Assembly: GCA_963924565.1 (NCBI GenBank)
Contig: OZ004613.1
Location: 30,194,001 to 30,258,000 of the forward strand
Reading direction: 5' to 3'
Length of the DNA: 64,000 bases
Source: Ascidiella aspersa
Taxonomy: Eukaryota
The notes beneath the pieces are model-generated. The model did no database searches. It had not been told where the DNA came from and worked only from the letters and a program-made list of their open reading frames with translations. The translations under genes and the position numbers were made by a program. Below, piece after piece: positions 14,291-26,036 of this stretch (position 1 is its first letter; the number at the start of each line of letters is the position of its first letter).

Positions 14291-14874
14291 AAAACTTTCA
14301 ACTTAAACGGATTAATTGTAATCATGGTTAATTAGGTCACGTTAATGAAGGATCTTGGATTAGATAATAGCAGGCGCTTTATCTTTTTATAGAATGCAGG
14401 TTCTTGTTTAATTTAATGTATATAATACACTATTTGCTCTTACAATGGCTTTATTAATAAAGTCAAGTGACAAGTTGTAATATGTTAACAATTTATTATT
14501 TGTTTGTTTTATCTGCTATTTTATCGGTAGATTAGAATTGCAGCTTGTATTTGAATTTTAAATCATTGTACTAGTGATACGATAAAATAAAAAGTACATA
14601 TAGCAATCAGAAATTTAAATTTATTTTTAGCAAATATAAAGTAGGCTACCTATAATTATTTTTAATGGATTAAATTTTAGTAACTTTTTTGTAAAAGAAA
14701 ATAAGTAGACATAAAGTTGTCGCATTTAATGCCTTAAATATATATTTAAAAAATGTGTGCTACCGATAAGTGGTGCTTATGCCATTTTTTTATTTGCCGA
14801 TTCTCTGAATAATTTATGAAACAACACAATAGTTTATTGTTCATGATTACAAATGACTTGAAAGTAATAAATTG

Positions 14875-17800
14875 ATGGAAGAACAAATGAAAAACCCAGA
14901 TGCTGATTTTGTGCTCCAAGGAAGAAAAACACCTTTGAAGTACTGTTAACATTGTTTATGTGAAACAAATAATTGACAAAATAATGTTTTTATAGATGCA
15001 CTTAAATTAATCTTAACATATAACTTTTGTTTAACATTTTTTATGACTTTAATGTTGCTTGATGATTATTATTTGGTAGATTTTAATAAACTAGACAATT
15101 ATTAGATAGGCAACAATTGTGAAATAACTAATGTTTTATTCTCAATAATTAGGGAAAGAGATGAAGAATACCTGACCAATTCACAGAAAACTTTAACAAG
15201 CAAGAACTTAAGTGCAAGTTTAAACTTCTCTGGAGGTAAAATAACATATCTGCAGTATTATAAAGATTACACTAGGCATTGAAATACAAAAAATATTTAC
15301 TATACTTTTATTAATTTCTAGGTATTCATGTTACATAAAATAATACTTTTATTATATTATATTACTACTTGTTATGTTTTTATTAGTTGTTTAACTTATT
15401 TGGTGCAAACTTAAAAAGTTGTTTTGCTGTTTAATTAATATGGTTTGTGATTAATTTTTAATTTTACTCTCGAAGGAAATTTTCAATCAGTTATGACAGA
15501 AAGTCGAAGTGTCCCAAACATTAGTGACCTCGAAAAATCCATAAATGAGTTAAAACTTGAACTGACTGACCTTAATCGAAGTCTTGCGTCAAATTTGGAA
15601 CAAGGAGGTGTATTTGTAGATGATGACTTGCCTGTACAAAAGTTTTCTATTACAAGACACAGGTAACAAAACTAATATAACATCACCAAAAAAAAGTACT
15701 GTTTTTAATAAATAATACACTGGTATATTTCAGTTAGACAACCTGGTTACTGTAAATCTACCTAAATCACTCAATGTAATATTATTTGAAAATGACTGTT
15801 CCGGTTATTCTGTCAGTACAATTCTAGAAAATGCTAAATCTACGATATTATTAAATGTTTATTAGAAATGGTTTAGTTTAGTAGTTTTTAAAATGTCATA
15901 GGTTGTTGTAGTCCCACTCCCATGCCAAGCATTTGAGGTTAACTGTCTAATATGTGAAATAAGATTTGTCCCACAAGGGCTAATGACAATGGTTGAGAAC
16001 AAAAAGCAAAACTTTGGAGAAGTCTTATCATAACTCATGTATTTATCCAAGAAAGTTAAGTCATATTTTTTGTGAAGTGAACAATAAATGTGGTCATGTT
16101 AGATATTAGGAAAACAGCTTTATTCTCTTGTATAAATTTTTCTGTAGTGGATTTTGCTAGGTTTTATTTTTTGTTGATAAACATACTAAATAGTAGCAGG
16201 AAGCTGTTTATAAATCTAAAGTGTTTTGTGATGATCTCGGCTGTGATAAATTCGCCCTTGTTTTATAACGTAGTTCCACTTTATTTGAAAGTCAATATCA
16301 TAAGTGAATGACAAAATAAAAACACATATATTTATGATTTTGTTTTAGTGTCGCAAATGTTAGACAGATCAAAAGCATTTTCTGTATATTTCAGCGAAAA
16401 TTATGAAGATCCTGAGTTAACCTATTTAACGCAACGTCATGATAACGAGGCAGTGAGTCACCTCCCTCCCGACGACTCACAATGGTTCCGCGACCCCAAA
16501 CACAAGACCAGACCCCTAGGGGATTACCCCACAATGCAGGATCTGGGGGTGACGCGACGATCTGTTTCCCCAATCAACAGAAGCACTGGAAGGTTGGGAT
16601 CGGAAATTGCAACCAAAGTAAGACATTGTTTTTTAATTTATAAATCTTTGGTAGTCACATTAACTGAAGATGATAGAAGCTCGTATAGAAAACACCCTAA
16701 TATTCAAGATGATGTCAATCTACTCTACCTTTTTGGCTTTGACATTCTTTATCAAATCTTTGGTAATTATCCAATAAAAAAGATCAAAACAACTCTATTT
16801 ATAAACAACAGACTACTTTAGTTACGCAAAATGCATCATCAGTTCTGCTTAAACACTTATATTTCTTTGGTAATGGTTGGAAGTTTTAGTAAGGCACCTC
16901 TAAGAAAGACCAAACCCTAAACAAACCGTGTAGCATTTTGTTAAACCTATTAACAAAATCTCTACCTTTTTTACCCAACTTAAACATCCATGAGCACAAT
17001 GTGTATATTTTGTAGTCAAGCCGTTCTGGGCTTGTTTTTAGTCACAAAGATTTAGGTGAATCGTTTATCGTTTCTATAGTGTCACCTACGTATGCAATGG
17101 TTTTACACTCTTCTTTCTAACTGTGTTGTATTTGGAATTTGATGGCTTTTATTTAAAAAAACACTAACGAAAACGTATTTTTCTCTCATAAAAGTGTGTT
17201 ACAATATTAATATTTTATGTAAATGAAAATACAGAAACAATAGTTCATACATATGGCAGTTTGTTGCCTATTACTCGTGAAAAAAGATTTCAAAACTTAT
17301 ACTTAATTTTGTTTTGTTGTTTCAATGAGGCTTATTTTGCTCTATACTGTTTTACCTTCCAGGACATAACCGGAAAACTAACGCCTCTCGACATTTCTCT
17401 GAGCGAATCCACTTTTCCTGTACGACTCACTGCCCCACATATTGTAGGGGTCAGGTCGCTTTTACCCCCTCAATACCCAGTGAGGGGGCAGGACAAGGAA
17501 CGGGCAAAATCCCCTAAAGCAAGAACAAGGTATGCTGAATTAACCATTTGTGTCATTGAATCACCGATATTCGGTTAATTGATGCTACTTTTACAATTTG
17601 ACTTGTTTCAACTAATGGGCTAAAAAGTTTAGGACGTTTTATCAAACATGATATTGGCAAATATAAGTTTTAGTCTTTTGGTTTGGCCTTGATACATCTT
17701 CAATGACATATTAATGCGTATAAGCGGTAGAATAACGTTTCCTTTGTTATAAAGCATTTATTGATTAGTAGTAATTGGTGATGCCACAAAGATTCCGTAG

Positions 17801-20800
17801 ATTTTACAGAAACGTAATGTTTGAGCTTTGATATTATACTTAATGTTGCATCGTGGTATATCAAATCATTTTGGTTAGTTGACCTAGAAGAGGCTTATAA
17901 TCGCGTAATTAAATATAAGATGGCTGCCTAAGTTTCCTAAATGTTCCTTGAGCTATATATATCTGGCCCAATGGGAGAAGGTTGCTAAAATAATTGTCCT
18001 TAGTCTACTTTTTAAAATCAAAATATTAACAACATTTTCTAGTCGCGGGCCAAAACCAAACTATAAAAGCTCTCCACCAGTTGTTGAATAAAATGGGTCT
18101 ACCCGTTAAACTCTCGGTGTTACGTTCATATTGAAAAGGCACAATGAATCATGTGAAGCGCAATAAACTGCATTCAGATATAATAAGTTGGCGAAACTTG
18201 AATTGTCGATAATTTTAATCTAAAAAAAATGTCCACCTGATAACATTTCTAAAAACACACACAAAAAAAGACTGAATTTTGGGAACCGCTATTTCAGCGC
18301 GCCCAACCCACTCAAACCATCGTTTTCAGGTCTGTTGACATCGGACTCGCTAGAGGTCGCAGTTTGTCAGCCGGCCGGGTCAGAGGTCGTAGCAGGTCAC
18401 GTGGTAGATCACGTGATCGATCGATGTCCCCCCACCCAGTGTGGATGCCTACCTCACGACACGCAAATGCATCAGCTAAAGCCCCGCCTCCGTTCGGCAA
18501 AAAGAAGAGGTGAGAAAAACAATGCGTTTCATTCCTATACGATAAGAATGAAGGAAGTGTAACTTTCTGCTCAAGTGTCCAAACGAGAAAGAACCTAATT
18601 TGGTATTCATGGAAATAAGCTATTTAACTTGATAATATATTACAAAGCCAAAAAGTCAGTAGATCGACATCATCGTGATAAAGACGTTTCGTTACAAACT
18701 TGTATCATCTTCAGTTAATGATTTACTCGACCTTCTGGGGTTTTCAATTTATTATAAAGCTGCATTGCAGATCCGTGCATAGTGTCACTTCAGGTCACAC
18801 TAACTGGAGATGATACAAGTTTGTAATGAAACGTCTTTATCAAGATGATGTCGATCTACTGACTTTTTGGCTTTGTAATATATTATCAAGCTATGTTACA
18901 GATCCGTGCATAGTGTACCTGAGCTACTTAAAAATATATAGTATTTTGCGCGAGTCGTATCCGTCTCAAGCAAAATAATCAACTCCATAAAGTCCGAAGT
19001 CCAGTTTTACCTAAAATGAGAGGCATACATGCTGAGCCGCGCAATTAAAAATCATTTTGGCGGAATTTTAAACCACATAAAGGGCAGCTTTTAGCGATAA
19101 ATAGTTTCTTGCGAATAAATGTAGTCCCTGTTTCTGTTCGTCCAGGTTAACAAAACGTTTTAAAAAAACATTCTTGATTTAGTATCAACAGAGGGAGATC
19201 CCCTGCTCGCAGACGGCCAGCAACTGCGAGTGGACACCGGGAAAATATGAGAAGCAACTTGTCCAAGTCTCTGCCTATAACCAGGCACTCGCTACCTTCA
19301 ACAAAAACCTTGTCAACCTACAGGAGACCTCGGGTAAGTAGTTTCTGATGCACCTATTGATTTATATTGGTAAAGATTTCATGTTAAAATTTTCTTTTTG
19401 CTGATGTCTGTTGCCCTATGTTCCAGAATTTTAAACACGTTGGTGTTAAATCCAATTTATTTTAAAAGCTATTCAAGTAGGTAGTATATCAAAGCCCGTA
19501 TAGAAGTATGTGACACTTGGAAAGTTTTAAACAAGTAACAAAATATGTTGAAAATCAACAAAGAGATATTTGAAACATTCACAAAATGCTACCTACTTCT
19601 GAACCGGCTTTGATATTCAATATTCCTACTACGTCTAATTACAACCTCCAGCCATTATGTCACAAACTATATTTAAATACGATTCAAACAAATAAGGTAT
19701 TTACAAAAAAAAACTTCATTCTCAAACGTTACTTTAGGTCTTTTATGAAACCCACAACTCTTTAAATCCATTTTTACCCAAACCAGGTTCAACCCCAGCC
19801 AGGCCACATGGAAATGTCGTTCTTAGAAGAAGCAGACAGAATCGATACTAGGAGGGCTTTGGTGAACAACAGTCCATATCAACAGCAGTTGTCCAGGTGA
19901 GTGTGGTCAGTGGTAATTTAGAAATTGCAAGACTAACATGAGTAGATAAGGCCTCAGGTACCTTTGATATTGGCGGATGTTGTATTTTGCTGCCTTGTTG
20001 TTGAACATTTTTATAGACTCTGGTTCGACTGGAAGCTTAAGGTTCATTATTTGGTATTAAAATAGCTGGAGTATCGATTTTGATTTGTGTTTAGTTTTTA
20101 CTAATTTGTAGATATTTAGGTTTTTCTAAATATAGGGATATCGAGGTAACAATTTAGTCTTTTCAAAACCAGAAAATAATGCCACATGTTTCAAAACAAA
20201 AGCAATATTGCTTAACTGCGCATGTCAAATTCCTCGTCTTTAACAAATAACAAAACGGTATTGGTAAAATATGCCGTCTAAGTTGTCTAGTTTATAGACT
20301 CGTTATTATATGCTAGTTTATTTAACTGTATTAACTATTTATACTTTCATCTCGGTTCTCAGGTTAAGGCTGGAGAGACTGAGGGTTGAAGAGGAATATC
20401 TTCTCCAACTCAAGAGGGAATCTGAACTGGAGAGAATAAGAGGCCCAAAGCCCAAGTGGTAAGTAAAGGCCGGTATATGTGCAATAAACTCGGTATACCA
20501 ACCAAAACGCCGTCATATTTTACTGTTGTTGTTATGAAACATGTTGTATGTCTATACGTTTGTAAAATTTTGAAAACTTTTATTATTGCACAGAGTGGAA
20601 TATTAAGATCATTCCATAGCAATCCACTTCACACATACGAAATTCTTTTTAAAATAAATAATCTTAAAAGTGGCTTAGTAAGGCCTTTGTACTTTTCCAC
20701 GTGCTTCTACTTTCTGGAGAGTGTGATTTGAACTCACGTGGTCAATGAATAACATCGCATATTAACAATAATACTCATGCTGAAGCATTAGTTTAGGAAA

Positions 20801-21217
20801 GATTAACTTATGATCAACGCTAGGAATTGTTTAAAACCTTATTGCTTCACACAGGTATAAGATATTGAGATGAAAGGCCAAAACTTCTAAACGACAGTTT
20901 CACAAAGCGTATTACAGTTTTTGGTAATTTTGTAACGATTACAAAAAAAATTGTATTCATTTGACAAAATTTCGACTTTTTTGCCAAGTCAAAAAAAACA
21001 ATCGCCCTACTTTTGATCAAGGTTGGGATCTGTATAGAACATTATTACTTGACACAGGTATGAGATGAAAGGCCCCAACTTCCATTACGAGTGCAACAAG
21101 AACACAACATTACACAGGAGCCGTGACCAGTGGGGCGGAACGATGCGCTACCGTGACGAGTTGCTGAGAGCCTCAAAAGAATTTACTGAAAACATGAACG
21201 GGCCGACGTTCGAGTGA
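14875..21217 (+). CDS. Uncharacterised protein (~473 aa) with a basic RS/RG-rich middle and a conserved-looking helical C-terminal domain
   Basis: Phase-consistent exons 14875-14939, 15153-15235, 15476-15662, 16395-16617, 17363-17529, 18330-18509, 19183-19333, 19787-19896, 20363-20458, 21058-21217 (TGA); total 1422 nt. C-terminus reads RLRLERLRVEEEYLLQLKRESELERIRGPKPKWYEMKGPNFHYECNKN. The first three exons and the start codon are less certain. Confidence 0.8.
18628..18890. mobile_element. foldback/MITE-like element with ~90 bp inverted arms (family C)
   Basis: 18628-18717 is the reverse complement of 18801-18890 with 3 mismatches. Diverged single arms occur at ~16705-16755, ~58721-58804 and ~60692-60719. 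Confidence 0.8.
19480..19656. repeat. family A repeat, inverted pair
   Basis: tatcaaagcccgtatagaagta ... ctacctacttctgaaccggctttgatatt...acaacctccagcc; the same arrangement occurs at 21470-21652 and 57526-57640. Confidence 0.7.
20828..20894 (+). pseudogene. degenerate duplicate of the acceptor and 5' end of the last exon of the uncharacterised gene
   Basis: tgtttaaaaccttattgcttcacacag-gtataagatattgagatgaaaggccaaaacttc resembles 21031-21083 tgtatagaacattattacttgacacag-gtatgagatgaaaggccccaacttc. Confidence 0.7.
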
Positions 21218-24200
21218 TGGAATATTCAACTGGAAATCAACACGTTTACCGTAATGACTAGGAATGTTTATTCTCGAGAAATTGTCGTTTAAAGAGGCCT
21301 TTAAATGCCAAATAGCATGATTAAACAGAAGTCTGTCGTTTTAAAAAGTACTATTAAACGAGACAAAGAGAAGCAAAATGTTAAAGCCTGGTGCTTTCGA
21401 ATGGAGGATACAAATAGCCTATTTTGCAATTAACTTCAAGGCAGTTGACGCTTGAAATAATATCTAACCTAGTTGTAAGAATATCGGAGCCAATACAGAA
21501 GTAGGTATTATTTTGAACATTTCAAATATATTTTTATTCATTTTCAACATAGTGAGAAGGCACTGATTTTAAGTATTCTTTACTGCTCAAAATGTTACCT
21601 ACTTCTGTATGGACTTTGATATTTTTACCACGTCTTATAATAACCTCCAACCTTCATGCTCTAACCGCGTTGTTTGTGTTGAAACTATTTTTCTGTTACT
21701 GGTGTGCGTAGTGTTATCCAACAAGGTTTATATTATCAAATCGTGATATATATATTGACTTTAGAAGCGCGTAGTTGTAAAGTATTGATTTATTAATTCC
21801 TCATTTTTCGATTTATCTTTATAAACTCTAGTTGCAATTTTCTATATACCTTAATGTGCCCTAGACCTTTTTCTGACAAAGTTACTTAAATTTAACCGAA
21901 TCTCGTTGGTCTTTTGGCATAGAGCGACTTAAGTTTGCTATCGGATCGGCGCCGATACTACCCTCCCCAGGGGAAGTATCGACACTACCACTTGGTATCG
22001 AGTATCGGCTCTGATTTGACCAGACATCCTTAACCTGTATAATCTAAGTAATTTTATAGTTGTTCGCGACAATATTCCATGAGGCATACCTTTATCTATC
22101 ACGGGGCTTCTTACACTGAGGAATTAAAGGATTGCGCGACAATTTACTGAGAAAAAAAAACTTTAATTTTATTTTGTCCAACACGAATATTTATTTTACG
22201 AAGTATTTTTTTGGGGGGGTATAACAATTGTTTAAGAACCTAATCTATCTCGAAGCTATGCGCAACTAATTTTACTGACCGTCGCAATGCAAGGGATAAT
22301 TGCCGTTTTTTGGCTGATGTTAATAAATTACCAACAAAGCTGGATGTCATGAACTTCAAAAAAATTGGTACTGTCCCGGACCTATCACTTTGTTAGGATG
22401 ATCCGCATGATTTTTATTCGTTTCAAAGAATTTGAAACTAAAACTAAACTAGCCAGTAAAATATGTGTTCATAAACACAAAACATATGCATGGCTGACTA
22501 GAGACCTGCTGGTAGTCCACCATTCCAATAATTCATTCCATCATATTTATTAAATGATTCGTAGTGCGGATTGAATGTCCGGGGAATACCAGGAGCCTTA
22601 ACCAAACAGCAATTATTTCAAGATTGCTTGCGTTCAAATTCTACTGTGAACTGTTAGATCATGTTGCAAATCGCTGTTCCTTAAGTATAGGATATATTTC
22701 AAGTGTTCTGAGCGTTCGTTGTATGTTTAGCGTTTTTGTGTTGGTATTTCTATACGTTGATGTTGCTTTCAAATGATGTGATTTCACCATCGAGCAATAA
22801 AGAGAAAAATATTTGCGCGTTTAAGCAAAACAATATACGATTATTAATAGCGGGTCTATTCAAAGATACTAAATGTGGTTATCCGGAAAAATATATGGAT
22901 TTTTGCTGAAAAAACTGGTCTTGGACCGAAAGCATTAATCTGGCAAAAAAACAAAAAATTCTTGTGTTTTGACAGTTTAAAGAGCATACCGTGGTTAGTT
23001 GTACCTCAAGACATAGGGTTCTGCAAAAACGTTGCTTAAAACAAATACTTTGTTGATACTTAATGGTGACACATTACTACTGTGAGCATTTTCGTATGTA
23101 AGTAGCCTGTGTACGTTTTGGTTTTATATAGGCTAATTGCACGTTAAATACTTTCACCTATTTTGTATTCACATCACATAATGGTACTATTAAGTTAAAC
23201 CACTGCTCCAACCGGGTATACTGTATACCCGGGTATATACTGGATCAAAGCTAGGGTACATATTTCAGCCCCTTATGGTAAAGTGTGTTCAGCACAGCAT
23301 CTTGGGAAGTTGATGGCACTCTAGCTCCAAATTAAAATCCCCTGAAAACTTACAACTTGCAGTGTTACCTGTTGCGTATCTTATAATGTTTCTTGTGTTT
23401 GGCTACGAGTTTCCCGAGTACATACCGGACCAAAGCTAGCAACTCATCTACGAAGGTTATACATTGGGTCAGTATCAATCCATGCCACAAATGTGACAGA
23501 ATATAAGTTTACCTGACCAATGCTTCAGATTAAAACTTTCAGGAAGGCACAGTTCTAACTGACCCATGTAAGTCACCATGTTTAGTGGGCAGATACAATA
23601 ACAACAAAAATAGCAAGTTTTAGCCAAGTCAATTTCAAGTAAAGTCATTGATATCACAATAAAACAATAAATTATCACATTAATAAACTTGTCCTAATAC
23701 GAGCAATAATTCGACTAAATATAAATAAAAACCGACATAGAGCAAGCAAGTTGTTTTACGTGCAAATATTTCGATAAATAGCTCAATTCTACAAATAAAA
23801 TCTTAAATGAAAACACTTAATTTCAACAAAAGCTATTTGACTCAATAACTTAAGTCAAGTCAAGTCATTTATAAACAATGACTTAGGTGAACTTAAGTTA
23901 AGTCATTACAACACGGCGTCTTAGCAAAGTTGAATTCAAGATCCTGCCTGCTTTTGTTCGTTGTTAGCTTGTGGAAAGGTAGCTCGTGTTAATTTGCCAT
24001 AGTTGGTCTCTCTACCGCCGTATAACGGCAAAGCAGGTTCTAAAACTCGCCGCTTGGTTGTGCTGCAGAGCTATCTAACGTGCAAAGTAACTCAGCATAG
24101 CAAATAACACCGATTATGTGATTCAAGTGTTAAAATGAAGCAAATGTTAGTAGGTGCCAGTGGCACAACCGATTAATGAAATGTGTGGTTTATTACATTA

Positions 24201-25992
24201 CGTCACACACATACGTACGCTACGTGTCACTACATTGGAACACAATTACATTTATGTACACATACATTCATATCAGTGAAAAAGCGTTAATATACCCAAG
24301 CAGAATGCCACTCAAACGATAAAGGTACGGTGTTAGCAAAACATAATAATACAGCATTGGATCAGCATTGGTTAACTTGTGGTTTTGTGGTTTTGGAAAC
24401 TTGGAAATTTATGCAGTCCCAGAGCAAACGTTGAGCTACAAACGCTACAAAAGTCACTCTTTCATGCTCGCACCAACCTTAGGTAACAACTAGGCTGTTG
24501 TTGATTAGTTGCACAACAGGGATAAATTAAAAAAGCAATTGCTACAGAAGGAAAAGCGAAAATACAACAAAATCTGTGATTATACCTGCTATGAATTTCC
24601 AGGACCGCCGTAGTTTGTCCCATCTAACTAATGTTGTCATGGTTAAACGCATTACGCCGTTAAGATGTAAAAATAATACAGGCTTTATTGTTAACGACAA
24701 CACCAAATATAAAATAAAATACTTTATACTTTCTCTCTGTGGTTATTTCTGCAAGAAATATGGGCTTAAGCAGACTTGATTCATTTGTTTTAGATATTTG
24801 GGCAAGATTGGGGCAAATTGGCAGTCTCAGTTTTCGGCAAGACATCATAAGCTATATAACGTAGATAAAAGTTAACGTGGGGTGAAATTGTTTGGATGAA
24901 ATCGTGTGTATGTAGAATAGTGAGTGAAATTGGTATATGAGAAAGAAACAACACTTACAGATGATCAAAAATATAAGAACACTTTGTTTTAAGCACCAGA
25001 AAAGATACCATTGACAGCAAAGCACTTTATGTGTTTAAAAATCAAAGCAACTCTGGACTTTGCCCAAGAGACTGCTTGCTTTTTAAAGGCACTTGTACAG
25101 TGATGAACTTAAAATATTTATTTCATGGTATAACGCCAATACATGCAAAAAGTTTCACACTTCATAGGACTTTTGCATTAGTAAATTATAAAAATTGTTG
25201 AGCACAAATAAAAATAAGTTGTAACCAAAAGTTTTCAATGTAAAACGAGTAAATATATGATTCTGTGTAATTGATTTTCATTCATCAAATTGAAAAAAAA
25301 GTGCCTTAAAGTGCTTTGCGATTAAATCGTAAAAAATTGCTTCCCTCAAAACAATTTTATAAAGAGTAAAAATATTTCTTGATATATAAGAACAAAAACG
25401 TTCGCTTTTGAAACAACAATGAAACTTATGGAAATAAAATATAAACACAAAGAAACACATCTCATTAAAAAGGCACTTGTATGAAAAAACAGTAGGTAAA
25501 GCTACCGATAATAAAATAGAACCTAGGTTTACCATTCGCACACAGAATACTTTGGTAGTTTTAAGAAGGGCATTCATTGACAGGCTTGCGGTAAACAATT
25601 ACAAATTGAATATGTTTTTCCAGGTAACAGTGGTTAAAATTCCATTACGTAGAAAATGAACATCGGAAACTATTGTGAAAGTAATTTAATTGAAATATTT
25701 ACAATAATTGTATAATATTAACTGTTCCATAAAAAAGTAATTTAGGGTGATTAGCAATGAGAAGATTCTGCTTTAGTAACACACTGAAATAAACTACTGG
25801 AATGCTATAAAACGCAATACACCCTTCTTGGGCGATCACACGATAATAACCTTGCCTTTGAGTAACTGATTGAGGCTACTTACAGCACTGGGTGGTTAGC
25901 TCAATTCAAAATGCAGTTAGCGTTAAGATGTTGAATGTTGGAAGACTGGGGTTCGACGCATGCTCCTCATGGGTTAGTTTGTTGTTAGGGGA

Positions 25993-26036
25993 TCACCAAC
26001 CAACCACAACCAAAATGACCAGGCAGGCAACGGCAA
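25993..26036 (-). CDS. candidate alternative terminal exon of quaking encoding hydrophobic tail VAVACLVILVVVGW*
   Basis: Long C-rich tract with CTAAC branch points and a ccccacag acceptor. The phase-1 reading is compatible with the donors at 31331 or 29312. Confidence 0.4.

Noticed and set aside
22498-22596. Minus-strand phase-0 ORF APGIPRTFNPHYESFNKYDGMNYWNGGLPAGL* as another quaking terminal exon
   Set aside because: The acceptor is weak, and the phase does not match the quaking phase-1 terminal donors. There is no homology support.
25891-25967. tRNA-like A-box/B-box sequence (ggtggttagctcaatt...ggggttcgac)
   Set aside because: The acceptor, D and T stems do not pair, so no cloverleaf forms. 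It is better explained as CTAAC-rich sequence on the other strand.
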